Below are positions 1-13,439 of a stretch of DNA of 64,000 nucleotides, one piece after another (the stretch's first letter is position 1; every line of letters begins with the position of its first letter). A program made the translations under genes and the position numbers. Below the pieces are notes generated by a model. It was not told the DNA's origin. It ran no database searches and saw only the letters and a list, made by a program, of their open reading frames with translations. Source of the stretch: Neocallimastix sp. 'constans' (Eukaryota); contig JBODTK010000149.1 of the NCBI GenBank assembly GCA_050613775.1, positions 62,001-126,000 of the forward strand, given 5' to 3'.

Positions 1-2727
1 AGATATTATCGAAATCGATAATGGTTTATTTAAATTTTTAACTAATTCTAATGATAAGAATAAAATAGTAAGTAAGAATAAAAACAAAAAGATATTTGAA
101 AATTATTTAGTAGAACCTGCCAATGATAAATTGAAAAAATTTATATGGCATAAGAGGTTTTTACATTACGATATAAAATATTTACAAAATAAAAAACATC
201 AATGTTTCATTAAAAACGTTTAAGGATTGCGATGCGTCTAAAATTAATAAACTGCCTAATAAAACCAGTAATCTTAGAACAAAATCCAAAGGAGACTTAA
301 TTTATAGTGACTTACTCGAATTCAATAAAGGAAATAAAAGTATTAAAGGAGTAAATGGTGAAAATTATTCTATCATCTTGGTTGATGATTTTTCAAGAAA
401 AATTTGGATATATAACATTGTGAGCAAAAGAGAAGTTGGTAACATAGTTACTAAGTTCTTCAATTATTTGACGAATCATTTTGATCTGGACATCAAATAT
501 TTCAAAACTGATGGTACACCAGAATATAGTACACCATTATTAAACGAACTATATGACAAACATGGAACCATACACCTTACCACTGCGCCGAAAAATCCTG
601 AGGAACTAGGAAGGTCAGAAAGGAATAATAGATCCCTCGAAAACTGTATAAAAACAATACTTAGATATTCAAACCTAAATCTTAAATACTGGTCATATGC
701 CATAAAAAATGCAATTGATATTAAAAATATAATACCACATGTAAAGATTTAATAAATATTTAATACATTAAATAGCTTAATTTTTCGTACAATTAATTTA
801 TTTAATGTATATGAATTTTTTTGAATATAAAATTTATTGAAATAAAATTTAATTATTTTTTAAATTGAAAATATTTTTTAATTAGTTTAGTTAGCTTAGT
901 TTAGTTTTAAATAGTTAAATATTAATTTAGGAATAATCTTAAATAGTTAATATTTATAAAAATAGTTTTTCAATATTAAACATATAATTAAAATTATTAT
1001 AAGTATTAAAATAATAAATAAAATAAAGAGTTTAAAAAATTAATTTTAGTTTTAGTAAATTAATGAATAATAAAAATTATTAATTAAAAAATCTTTTGTT
1101 TATAAATAAATAGCTTTATATATATTATTAAATAACATCACATATTAATAACATAATAAGAAAAAATATAAATACATGTAATTTAATTAAATCGATGTAT
1201 TAGTTATTAACTATTTTACAGTTAATAACATAAAAGAAATTTATAATTAATAAAAAGAATTTAATAATAAAAGAATTTACTTATTTGATTAAATTGTAAA
1301 GTGTTTTTTATTGTTATAATCTGTTTTAATTGACGGATTCATTACACCACATAAAGGTATTAATGATAAAATACCTGACTTAGAATGGTATGGTCCTCAC
1401 CATAATATCAGGTACGATAAATTAAGAGCTTTTGGTTGTTTTGCTACCTGTGATAGACAAGAAAATGCAAGCAAACTATATACATTTAAGAAATTCATAA
1501 TAAATCTAGGTAGAGCAGAAAATGCAAATGCTTATAAAATCCTGGACATACAAAATGGAACCATATACTTAAGAAGAAATGTAGAATTATATGAAACTAA
1601 ATTTATTAAAACTAAAGATATTGATATATTTAATATTAATAAAGATATAATTTCAGACAACATAGAAGATTTAAATAATGTTGAATTTTATCAAAACCTA
1701 ATCCTTGAAGATTTTATTGATGAATTTGAAATTAATGAGAATGTAGAAAAGCAAAATGAAATTAATATTATTGAAAATAATATTGACAATAACAATTATA
1801 ATGAGAATATAAATACTAATAAAATGAAAATAGCGATGAAGACATTGTTAATAAAAAATAAGGATGATATTATAGTAGAGAATATAAACCGCTTAATATC
1901 AGATTAAATAAAATAAAAGAGAATAATGATGAAGAAATTAAAAATAATAACTATATAAGTGGTACAGAAAGCGACATAGAGTGTAATTATAATACATCCA
2001 GCGATGAAATAGTACCATTAAATGTCAGAAAAATGAAAAGATAGACTCATCCTCTAATGATGAAAATAATCAATATCATAAACGTATTGAAAAAGACCCA
2101 AATATAATAGGTGAAGCTAACCATGTTGAAATATGGGATAGTTTGCCAGAAATAAATTCAAAAGAAGTTTTCATTCCTAGTAATATACAAGAAGCACTGA
2201 GAAGCAAGTTTAAAACTTAGTTTTCTAGTTCTTCATTGATGGTAATTATTCAATAAGTTTTAAACTTGCTTATAAAACTACAAAAATAAACAAAAATCAA
2301 AGAGAAGTTAAAATTTAAATGAATTTTTTCTTTAAAAACTCAAACATAGTATTAAAATTTAAGGCAAGACTAGTGGCCAAAGGATACACATAAAAGAAAA
2401 ATATAGATTACTTCGCAACATATTCTTCAACGTTAGAATATGAATCTCTCAGATACCTAATTGCATACGCCGCCAGACATCACTATGATTGCTACCAACT
2501 GGATATTAATGGTGTATATTTAAACTCTAAAATCGATAATGACATTTATACAGAAATCCCAGCATCTCATCCTGACTATGAGGATGATTAATGTTGGAAA
2601 CTAAATAAAGCACTATACGGTCTAAAACAAGCAGGCAGACTTTGGTATGAGGAAATTAATAATACTTTAATAAATTAGGATTTAATAAAACATATGCAGA
2701 TAGTAACATCTATTATAAAATTATAAT
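1..2727 (+). mobile_element. Degenerate Ty1/copia pol remnant (integrase Zn finger and core, SH3-like region, start of RT); begins outside the window
   Basis: WHKRF..H motif near 145. ORF 378-752 carries copia integrase motifs (VDDFSRKIW, KTDGTPEY, GRSERNNR). Downstream: LRAFGC (~1420), FKARLVAKGY (~2360), QLDINGVYLN (~2495), KLNKALYGLKQAGRLWY (~2600). Multiple stops and frameshifts. Confidence 0.9.
740..1346 (+). mobile_element. Solo LTR (gypsy type, related to element B LTR) inserted in the copia integrase
   Basis: TGTAAAG...TTACA ends. 5-bp TSD CCACA at 735-739 and 1347-1351. Removal restores the copia frame IIPH-KGINDKIP. Contains the TATAAATA..ATCGATGTA..GTTATTAAC block shared with other LTRs here. 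Confidence 0.9.
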
Positions 2728-2869
2728 TTGTAATTTTATTTTTTTTACTTTTTTTTTTTTTACTTTTTTTTTTTTACCTATATGAATTTAATATTTTTAT
2801 TTTGATTAAATAGTATTTTTTTATCAATAGTTAAATAATATTTATGTTTTATCCATAGATCAATTTACC

Positions 2870-3035
2870 TTTTATTCATTTATATATTTATATATTTATT
2901 CATTTTATTCATTTATATATTTATATATTTATTCATTTTATTCATTTATATATTTATATATTTATTCATTTTATTCATTTATATATTTATATTTATTCAT
3001 TTTATTCATTTATATATTTATATAGTTATTCATTT
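2870..3035. repeat. Minisatellite, ~33-bp unit x ~5
   Basis: Unit TTTTATTCATTTATATATTTATATATTTATTCA repeated in tandem. Confidence 0.8.
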
Positions 3036-3559
3036 ATTATTTATTTATTTGTTCATATATATAATGTTAATTATTAAACTTTTATTTCTAACATAACATT
3101 ATTTAGTAGGAAAAATAAAAAATTTCTCTCTATTATTATCAATTAAATAATGTTACACAAGAGAGAATATTAATTATTTTAAATTTTTTGTTGTTTTTTA
3201 ACAAGATAGAGCAATAAAAATTATTAAATGAATTAATGAATTATTTTAACAGTTCTGTTTGTTAAAAGTATAAAACTTATTAAAAAAGGGATTGTTTTTA
3301 AAAAAATTAAAATTGAAAAAGTATATAAAAAACTGAAAAAACAAAAAAAAAATTAGATTTTATTTATTGTTAAACTTTTCTTTTATAATTTTTATTTTAT
3401 AAAAATTAATTAGAAAAATAAAAATTAAAAAAAAATATATATATATATATAATAATATTATTAAAATTATACTAAATTTTTTTATAAAAAAAAAGGGATG
3501 AAATTATATTTCTTTACTTAATTGTATTTTTGTATGTCATTTATTTTATTACATCAAAC

Positions 3560-4611
3560 GTTTAAGGAAAAGACGTTGATGTAAAAATTTCTCAAAATCA
3601 GATTTATTACTTAATTGATATAGATAATAATTATAATATATCAAAAAACGTATCTCTGATTGATGTGTATAGAAATAGAAGGTAAATCTCTTCTTCTATG
3701 GGATTAATATAAATATCATTAAAAGAATCTAATAAATTACTTAATGGAGAAGGGTTAGGAATTATTGAATTATCAGATTTAATATTTTCGGAAATTTTTG
3801 CAGCTAAAGAGATATAAAAAATGACACATGTTAATGTGTAGGCACATTAACAGGAGCAGCAACACAATGAGGAGTTTTACCATCTCTTTTCATATACAAT
3901 CCGTCATCATCAGAATCGATATATAACTTATTTTTTTTTTGGGAATTTCTACCTAATATAATATCGTAGCATTCATCCGCGTAATCCAAAATCCAAAACA
4001 TTGAATTTATTTTTATTTTATCAAATTCTAAACATAAAAATACGACATGATCTATATCTTTAATTTTATCCTCTCTCAAGAATTCGTTTAATTTGGCCCT
4101 TTGAACCATCGCGTCAATGTAATCTGAACAAAGTATGAATTCTTTTGGTCCTTTTAAAATGGTTACTCTAAGTTCGTACATTTTATTTTATTTTTATTTT
4201 ATTGTTATTTTATTTTTATTTTTTTTTAAATCTCCCAAGATTTTGAGACTCTTAATCTATTTACCGGCTAGGTTAAACAGTAGATACTTGAGAGTTTTTA
4301 TTTTATTATTATATTAAAATATTTTATTTATTTTATTATATTTTTTTATTTATTAAAAGTCAAGAGTACTTTTTTTAAGAAAGAATAATTAATTCATAAT
4401 CCTTATTTTGAATATAATTATTATATATATGTAAATAATTTAAATTATTAAAATCATTCAAATTTTGAAATCCTGCATTGTAAATGTGCGGATTTAAGTA
4501 ATTTGCAAAAGGTAAATTATTGTATAAAGGCCATTATTGATTATAATTAAAATAAATTTGATAAACTTTATTTAGGTTCAATTATATTGGTTGGGGTTTA
4601 AATCAATAACA
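3560..4611 (-). mobile_element. Truncated LTR element D: putative 5' LTR (4611-4258), tRNA-Lys half-molecule PBS, degenerate aspartic-protease-like ORF, no gag
   Basis: Plus-strand TGAGACTCTTAATCTATT (4244-4261) is identical to the PBS/LTR junction of copia C (38366-38383). TGTTATTG start on the minus strand at 4611 abuts an interrupted gypsy protease. No second LTR found. Confidence 0.55.
3831..4181 (-). CDS. Retropepsin-like protein, catalytic D-[ST]-G apparently absent
   Basis: YDIILGRN matches the C-terminal motif of gypsy proteases. FILCSD lies where (A)LIDSG is expected. A downstream frame reads LSNLLDSFNDIY, like a gypsy PR-RT linker. Confidence 0.5.
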   Translation of the reverse strand: MYELRVTILKGPKEFILCSDYIDAMVQRAKLNEFLREDKIKDIDHVVFLCLEFDKIKINSMFWILDYADECYDIILGRNSQKKNKLYIDSDDDGLYMKRDGKTPHCVAAPVNVPTH

Positions 4612-7572
4612 AAAACATTAAGGCCAATATTTTAATTGATTCTAGTTCTGGAAGAAGTTTCCCCTGTAAAAACTTTACTACTGCTAACAAAATTCCTACT
4701 TCTGGACTTTCTTCTTCTACAAATATCCAACTTCCAAACAGTAAAAGTATGGCCATTAAACAAACAACCAAGCCGCTCAGGTTGAAGTTTATGGATCATA
4801 TTGAAAACTTTGAATTTTGTATTGGAAACCTCTCTCTTCAAGGAATAAATGGTATTTTAGGAAGAGATTGATTAAGAAAACATAAACCATACACTGATTA
4901 TGGTAATAATCATATCTATTTCCTAGATAGACATTGTAGATCTCATTGTCCTTCTTCAAGAAGAAATAAGCTCCTTACAAAAAACTCAGAGATCACAGCT
5001 CCAATGGTTGAAAAGGAATCCACTACTACGGATGATGCTCCTAATACTGCTGATACGGTTACCGATACAATAGCCCCTCCTGAATTTATTTCTGAAGACG
5101 AACTTATTTAGGATATCTGTTTAGCTATGATGGACAATCCTGAAGAAACCAAACAGGAAAGAAGTAACGAAGAAATCATTGAGAAATATTACTCAGATCT
5201 CAATATTGTCTTCGAAAAGAACGAAGCTGATAAGTTACCTCTAAACAGGGATTATGATATAGCTATTGAATTAATTCCCGGCAGTCAACTCTACTTTGTA
5301 CCTAAATATTCTCTTACCGTAAACATGCTCAATGCTTTAAGAGAATACATTAAAGATAATTTAAGGAAGAAGTTCATTAGAAAATCCAAATCTCCTGCTG
5401 GTGCGCCTATTCTCTTTGTCAAAAAACGTGATGGAACCTTAAGACTTTGCGTGGACTACAGAAGACTCAATGCTGTTACAATCCGTAATAGCTATCCAAT
5501 TCCAAGAATCGCCGATCTAATAAAATCCTTTAAAGATGTTACTATATCTACTCGGCTAGATCTCCGATCAGCTTATAATCTAGTCAGAGTAAAGGAAGGT
5601 GATTAATATCTGACTACTTTTCGAACACCACTTGGCCACTACGAATATTTAGTAATGCCCTTTGGTCTTCGAAATGCTCTCTCTGTCTTTCAACGTTTTA
5701 TCGAAGATGTTTTGGATAAAGTTGTAGGGATCTGTGTAAGAGTATACTTAGATGATGTTATTATATACTCTAAAGACTTAGCAACTCACATTAAGCATGT
5801 AAGAATTGTTCTTTCTCTTATTTTAAAAAACGGATTATATGTTAAACTAGAAAAGTGCGAATTTCATGTTAAAGAAACCACTTTTCTCTCTTCACCATTA
5901 CTACACATGGGATAACCATGGATAAAAACAAGGTTAAATCGGTTCTAGAATGGCCTATTCCAACTAATGTAAGGGAATTGCAGAGTTTCCTTGGCTTATG
6001 CAACTTCTATAGAAAATTCATTAAGACTTTCGCTAAAAACATGGAACCTCTTAGGAAGCTTTTAAAGAAAGACAATCAGTTCATCTGGAACGATGAAACT
6101 GATTGTGCCTTTAATAAATTGAAATTTTCATTTAATACTGATGAAGTTCTTATTTTCCCTGATCCTGATAAAGAATTTATCGTGGAAACCGATACCAGCG
6201 ATTTCGCAATTGGCTATGTCCTTTCGTAAAAAAGCGATAAGAATAATATGCTTCATCCAGTGGCCTTCCATTCCAGGTCTCTTAATAAAGCAAAAATTAA
6301 CTATACTATTTATGACAAGGAATTACTTGCCATCATCACTGCTTTTGAGGTCTGGAGGCATCATCTCGAAGGTGTAAGGTTCCCTGTTAAAGTCCTTACC
6401 GATCATAAGAATTTGTTATATTTTAAAAAGCCTCATCACTTGAATCAACGGAAAATTCGCTGAAGCTTGTATCTTTCCAAGTTTGATTTTAGAATAGCTT
6501 ATAGACTCGGTGCTAAAGGTGGTAAACCTGATGCGCTTTCTGGAAGACCGGATTATAAATCAGCCTCTCCGGTAGGGTCAAATACTATAATTAATAAAAA
6601 CGCTTTTTGTTGTGCTACTAGAAATGATAATATTGGTAGCCTAATTGAGGCTCAAAAAGCTGAAAAAAAATGCCTTTCTATTCTAGAAAAAATCAAACAA
6701 AATGGGAAAAATTATTATCCAGCTATGTTGAAGGTGTTCTCCACTTTCAAAACAAGATTATTGTCCCATCCTCTTTGAAAGCCAGGCTTCTTAAATCTTT
6801 CTATGACACTCCTACTAGTGGTCATCAGGAGGTAGATAGGACTTTTGAAAAACTTCAAAGGAACTACTGGTGGCCCAATATGAAAAAGGATGTACAAAAT
6901 TATGTCGCTTCTTGTGGTATTTGCTGTAGAAGTAAAATTCGCAGGCATAAGCCTTATGTTTTATTACAACCGCTTCCCATTCCTACAAAACCCTGGGAAA
7001 TTATTGGGGCTGATTTTATTGTAAGTCTGCCAACTTCTCAAAATTGTACATGCGTTATGGTTGTATCTGATCATTCAACTAAAATGATTCATCTAATGCC
7101 TTGTGCTGTCGTTTCATCTGCTGATCTTACCAATAGAATGATGTTACACAACAATGTATTCAGATATCATTGTTTTCCTAAACTAATTTTATCTGATCAT
7201 GGTTCACAATTTTCTTCTTTGTTTTGGATTTCACTTTGCTCCTCTCTTTATGCTAAAGCTAGACTTGCCACTGCTCACCACCAACAGACAAATGGTCAAG
7301 TCGAAAGAGCTAATTCTGTAATTGAACAATACATTAGATGTTATTGTTCTACTGCTTAAAGCGAATGGTGCTTTTATTTACCTCTTTGTGAACTCGCTTA
7401 TAACGACTCTTTAAACAAATCTACTGGTAAATCACCATTCTTTGCTAATTATGGTTTTCATTCTAACTCTGTTATTGATGCTCCTCCTCCCCATCTTAAA
7501 GATGGTACTTCTGCTCTAACTAGAGATTGGGCTGCTCACTTTGAAGCTCTCCGCCAACATTTAAACTAAGGC

Positions 7573-9085
7573 AGTTAACATATTGTCCCAATTAACCAAT
7601 AAAAACAACAATAAAAATATTACATCGGAACTATATAAAAATAAAAGGCTAAGATGTAAAGATATGATCAATATCTTTAGTACATTAATTAATTTATTTT
7701 GTACATTAAATTATTTAATGTAATTCACGTTTACAAAATAATGCTAATGCATTAAATTATGTAAAATATATTAATTTATGAAATTAATTGATTTATGAAA
7801 ATTAATAATAAATTTATATTTCATATAATATATAAATTTAAAAATATAAAATTAATTTTTAAATAACCTAAAATTTAGTAATAAAATATATTAATAATTT
7901 TAGTTTAGTTTAATTTTAGTTTAGTTTAATTTTAGTTTAGTTTAATTTTAGTTTAGTTTAATAATCATAAAAATTAAATAGTAATATATAATTAATAGTA
8001 TTAATAATAAAAGAATAATAAATAAATAATAAATAAGAACTTATTCAATTTAAGTCAAAACAAATTGAATAAAAAGCTTATTGAATTAGTTTTAGTTTTT
8101 TATAACTTTATTTAATTTTAGATTAGTTTTTGTTTATTTTATATTGAATATATATTTAAATAAATAGAAATAGTATATTATAATATAATTAAGAAAAAAT
8201 ATAAATACATGTAAAATTATTCTATTAAAGAAAATGTAGTTGTTATTAACTATTTTGCAGTTAATAACTAATAAAAAGAATTTTTATAATAAAGTGATTA
8301 ATAAAAGAATTTTTTTTAAAAAATAAATTTCATTTGAGTATTGTTATTGATAGTGTTGTTTTTGTTTTTTTTTTTTTCGTAATTGTAATCTGCTCCATAA
8401 GGAACATTTTACATAAGATTAATTGGGTTCTATTCTTTCAAATTTGATAAGAACCAAATACATTATTCAATGTTTGATAAGGAACTATTATCTATAATAA
8501 GAACATTAGAGCATTTCTCATACTTTACGGCAAATTCTAAATATCCAATCATATGCTTAACGGATAATAACGCCTCTAAAGACATTATAAATGGAAGCTC
8601 ACAGAAAATAGTAGATAATAGAAGAAAAAGATATATCGAACGTTTATTGGAATATAAAGTAAAAGGAATTCATATAAAAGGAAAAACAAATGATATTGCT
8701 GATTGGCTAAGCCGATTACATTTCGAAAAATAAATTTTTAATTAAGTATTTTATATTTTAGTTTAGTTTATTTTTATCCAATTAAATAGGTTATAAGTCA
8801 GTGAATAAAACTGATACCTTTAAATAAATATATTACTATAAATATGTATAATTTTCTTTATTTTAATCATTATTATTTTTCTGAAAAACTTGTAAGAATA
8901 TATAATTATAAAATTGAATAAAGGTTTCTTATTCAAGAAAAAAGAAATTATATAATTAATAAGTTTTTCTCTTTAAAAATAAAATAAAATAATTGTATTA
9001 AATAAAACTAATAAATAATAAAAAAATATATAAATAAAATTTATATTAAAAAAAAAAAACAATATTCTTAATTATTTACTTATTA
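7573..9085 (+). mobile_element. Inserted retroelement fragment: RNase H C-terminus plus AT-rich trailer, no integrase
   Basis: Flanked by AAGGC at 7568-7572 and 9086-9090. Frame RLRLIGFYSFKFDKNQIHYSMFDKELL...HIKGKTNDIADWLSRLHFEK stops at 8733. Confidence 0.65.
7655..8413 (+). mobile_element. Solo LTR (gypsy type)
   Basis: TGTAAAG...TTTACA ends. TSD TAAGA at 7650-7654 and 8414-8418. Removal restores RL-RLIGFYS. Shares the TATAAATACATGTAA and GTTATTAAC hairpin block. Confidence 0.9.
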
Positions 9086-10120
9086 AAGGCAAAAGAAGAA
9101 TTTAAGAAATATGGAAATAGAAGAAAAGCTAATGGCCCAAACTTTAAAGTTAACGATTTAGTATATTTAAGAGGATATTACTTCACAAATGAACCTTCTA
9201 AAAAATTAGCTTCCCAATATTTAGGACCTTTTAAGATCATCGAGAAGAGGGAAAGAATGAATTACCAGATTCGGTTATTATTTATTTTTCCTTTTATTTG
9301 ATGATCTAAATTAAAAAATAGAAAATCGGTATTTAAGGTTTTATCCAAATATTATAATATATTTGGTTTTACTTATAATATACGACGATCAATATGAATA
9401 GAATATTGATCGAAACTTATCTAGTTTTTTCTTTTAGTCTTTTTCTGGATAAGAGATTTATTAAGATTAGAAAACCTTTTTTTTTTATTTAACCTTAATT
9501 TCATAAAAAATATAAATAAAGCTCTTGAGTTCTCTTTAAGAAATCAAGAGTTATTATTATAAAAAGCATAGTTATAATAATAACAATTTATATTTTTTTA
9601 ACTTTAATAAATTATTAAAAGAATTCTATTTTAAAAAACATATTTAAAAAACCAGATTTAAACTAATATATCTTCTTTTGTGTTTCGCGTTATTATTATA
9701 ATTAATTTTATAATAAACTCTAAAAGGTATAAATTTTATTTTATTTTATTTTTCAAAACTTAATGAATTAGTCGTTAAGTTGTAGTTAATAATTCTGTTT
9801 TGAGTTAGTTCTTAATAGAATTATTACAGCTGATATCGTTACAATATGATGAAAAATATTTTCTCAGAAAAAAAAATTTTTTTAATAATAAAAATTTGTC
9901 AAAAATTGATCAAAAATCAAAAATTAATATGGATAAGCAAAATTTGAAATTTAATTCTAATGTACATACGCTTGAATTTAAATCTGATTCGTTAGCTGAA
10001 AAAATTTTAGGTTGTACTACTACAGATAAGTAAGAACTATTAGCAAATTAATAAGGATATAAAAATATTAAAAAATTGCAAATTTTCTTATTAAACAAAG
10101 ATTTTATAATACTATGTTTA

Positions 10121-10140
10121 GGGGGGGGTGTTAGAAAATT
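10121..10140 (+). mobile_element. Possible polypurine tract and start of a 3' LTR (extent undetermined)
   Basis: G-run followed directly by TGTTAG in otherwise very AT-rich DNA. Confidence 0.3.
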
Positions 10141-11534
10141 AGTATTTTAATAAAGAATGACTATAAATTACTTATTTTGTTATGTTTAGACATAACTTAA
10201 CCATAATTAAGTTTATATTCTTTACTAATGGAACTTTCTTATATTCTTCCCTGAATTAAATTAAAAATTTTATTATATAATATTATAAATTAATTAAAAT
10301 TTATAATATTAATTAAAATCTTTATAAAAATATTTTTTATAAAATCATTACTGAATCTTAATTAAATTAATATTAAAATACATATAAACTCTTCAAAAAT
10401 TTATATTAACAAATTCTTTATTGAATCTATATTAAAATTATTTTATATTTTTATTATATTTTTATCAAATTAATTATTATTAACTTTCAATAACACTATA
10501 AATTAATATTAATTTTTATTAAACTTAAAATAAATTATCATTAAATAATTTATTATCTTTTATAAAATTCAATTAATATTTTTGTAAACTTTTAATTAAA
10601 AATTTTATTAAAAACTTTTTAATTATTTACTCCAGATATTATTTAATTAAAATCTTTATAATATCTTTTTAAATAATAATTTTTTATTCCTTTATGGAAT
10701 TTATATTAAACATATTATTAATAATTTTATTTAACATTTAATTAAGAATGAATTAATAATTCTTTTAATTAAATACTTAAATTCTTTTTCATTTCCAAGA
10801 TATTAAACTTTAAAAATGAAATCGAATATAAATATCTGAAGAAAATAACTTCTTCTAAATATAAAAAAATAACACAAAACAATAATAAAAATAATAAAAA
10901 TAATAATAATAATAATAATAAAAATAATAATAATAATAATAAAAATAATAATAATAATAAAATAAAAATAGTAATAATATTAGTAATAATATAAGTAATA
11001 ATATTAATATTAATATTAGGAATAGTAATAATTTAGCTAATAAAATTTAATTAGTTTAATAAATAATGTAATTACTTTAAAATTTAAATAAATAAATAAA
11101 TTATAAAATTGTTATTGTGTAAATAAATATTTTAAATCTTTATCTTTTGTGTATAAAAAAAAATTTTGTTTTTCCCAATGAACCATAACAATTTTTAGTT
11201 TATAAACTTAATTAACATTTTAATTAATATTTTTATTTTATTACAGCTTTTATTATAATTTTATATATTAAATAGTTTATTATAAATAAATAGGATATAT
11301 AATTTTAATATATAGTTTATATAGTTTATGAATATAGTTTTAAAAAATTTTTATTTTTATAAGCCTCTTTTATATAGTTAATATTAAAACATGTATTTAA
11401 TGTATTAAAATATGTATGATCTTATCAAATGTATTTTGTATGTATAAATAGCATTAAATTATGTATTCTTAATAAATAAGCCTTTTGCTTCAAATAAATA
11501 AAGTTAATAAATAAACAAATATTGAGATTTTTAA

Positions 11535-12345
11535 TAAATTCAACGAAAAATTTTAAAATTAAATATGATGGGTTAGGAGATATCAATGCATATTATGATA
11601 CAGATTTTGCTGGTGACACCAGGGATAGAAAATCCACTTCTGGCTGCCTAATTCTTATGGGAAAATCTGCTATTTCGTGACACAGTAAAAAAACAATCTG
11701 TTGTAGCAATGTCCACAGCTGAGGCTCAGTACATTAGCACGTCCTAATGTACAAAGAAGTCTTGTGGGTTAGAAATATCTTAGAAGAATTATTCAACTAT
11801 AATCATTCCGTAGCCTTATTTACCCGACAACATGGCCAGCAAGAAAAGTATTGAAAATGGTGAAGTGAATACTAAACTAAAACATATAGCTATCAAATAT
11901 CACTTCAATAGGGATAATATAATGAATAATCAGATCAAATTAATGTACAAAAACATTGAAGAAATGTTCGCTGATGTTTTGACCAAAAATGTAAATGACC
12001 CCAAAATGAAGAAATTTACGGACAAAATATTTTTGGAAAATTAATGATGAATACTTATTAATCATACTTAATTTTATTTTATAAAATTTAGTTTGAGGGG
12101 GGAATGTTATTTGTTATTATATCTAATCTAGAAACAAAATCTAATAAATGAATAAATTAAAAAATAAAAATAATAATGTAAAACAATGAATAATTAATGT
12201 ATAAATTAATTTTAATGTAGAACAAGCCATAAAATATAGTATAAATACATGTAAAATTTTCTCGTTAAATCCTTGTAATTACCTTTATATATTTTTATAT
12301 ATAAATAGGTAAATAAAATATATTTTAAATAAATAACTTTTATTG
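11535..12345 (+). mobile_element. 3' remnant of a copia C-family element (RNase H, PPT, 3' LTR from 12105)
   Basis: Close paralog of 26271-27100 in reverse complement (DFAGDTRDRKSTSG, KHIAIKYHF). PPT GAGGGGGGAA then an LTR similar to copia C's. Stops and frameshifts. Confidence 0.9.
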
Positions 12346-12400
12346 ACTGACTATCGGTAGAAACACGCGAATATAAATGAGAAATTATATATATTATTAT

Positions 12401-12436
<36 letters not shown>

Positions 12437-12539
12437 TATTAAAAGAATTCAGTACATTAATTTATTAATGTAAAGTTATATTTATAATTAGTAGAAATAA
12501 ATTTATAATTTAATTACATAGATTTATCTTATAGCATCA

Positions 12540-13433
12540 TACGATCTTACATTGATTTATGTATATAAATTTATATTTTTATTAATATCTGAATTATTTC
12601 CATTATTATTTGGGAAATAAAAGTTTTTATTAATTGAAGAATATTTGATGAAATTAAAGTCATATTTTAAAAATGTTGGATATTCATTTTTATCTGCAAC
12701 TGAATTAGATAATGAAATATTTTCAGATTCATCTTCAATGTAGAATATTTCTCTGACAGAATGTAGATTATAATTATTGAAATCCATAATTAAATAACTA
12801 TGAGTTTTTTCGTCAAATCCAAGAAAAATTCCTTTATTAGAGTTAGAATGTAATTTGTTTTTGTTTTGATCAAAATTTTTGTAATAAGCTATGCAACCAA
12901 AGGTTCTTAAATGGTCTAATTTAGCTTTGCGGTTGTAAAAACATTCATCAGGAATATTGTTATTAGAAATTTGATGAGGTGTCTTATTATTGTAACGAAT
13001 CTTAAAAATAGTTAATCTGTTTTAATTGGTTTAAAATCACTTCATTTATTTTTATCAATTTTCCTAATCAAATTATTTTAATTAGTTTAAAATCATATCA
13101 TAGAAAATATTTTAGAAAAATATTTGTATAAATACGAGTTAATTTCTCTTTAAAAATATTTTTTTTAATTCGTGTTTTTATTTTAAATTAGTAAATATAA
13201 TAATCTCTTGTTTTTTTATTTTTTAATAAAAAATAATAAATAATAATAAATAAATAAATTAATAAATAGAAATAAAATAAAACTTTTATAAAACAATTTT
13301 ATTCATTAACTTCTTGGTGTTGACCTACTGAGTTAATAAAGGATAACTAAGCTCCATTACAATTATATAAATAGTTTCCATAAGTAATTGTGTAGTCCCA
13401 GAAATTTTCTGATAGTTTACTTCAGGAAAGCAG
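12540..13433 (-). mobile_element. Copia integrase C-terminal/SH3-region remnant
   Basis: Minus frame FWDYTITYGNYLYNKTPH...LRTFGCIAYY...KGIFLGFD, including ORF 12557-12787. Confidence 0.85.
12991..13361 (+). mobile_element. Solo LTR, 371 bp, separate family
   Basis: TGTAA...TTACA ends. TSD ATTAT at 12986-12990 and 13362-13366. Removal restores YLYN-KTPH. Strand inferred from TATAAATA near 13125. Confidence 0.85.
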
Positions 13434-13439
13434 AGTTTT

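Larger units (their letters stand above)
4612..9268 (+). mobile_element. Degenerate Ty3/gypsy pol (PR-RT-RNase H-IN), interrupted at 7573-9085
   Basis: ILIDSSS and GILGRD protease motifs; RT (LCVDYRRLN, MPFGL, YLDD); RNase H (ETDTSDFAIG, DKELLAI); integrase (GHQ, C..C, SDHGSQF, QTNGQVER). Frame resumes at 9086 with KAKEEFKKY...YLGPFKI. Many stops and frameshifts. Confidence 0.93.

Noticed and set aside
9270..11530. A complete additional LTR element
   Set aside because: Only a PPT-like G-run followed by TG; no paired LTR, TSD or coding motif could be resolved.
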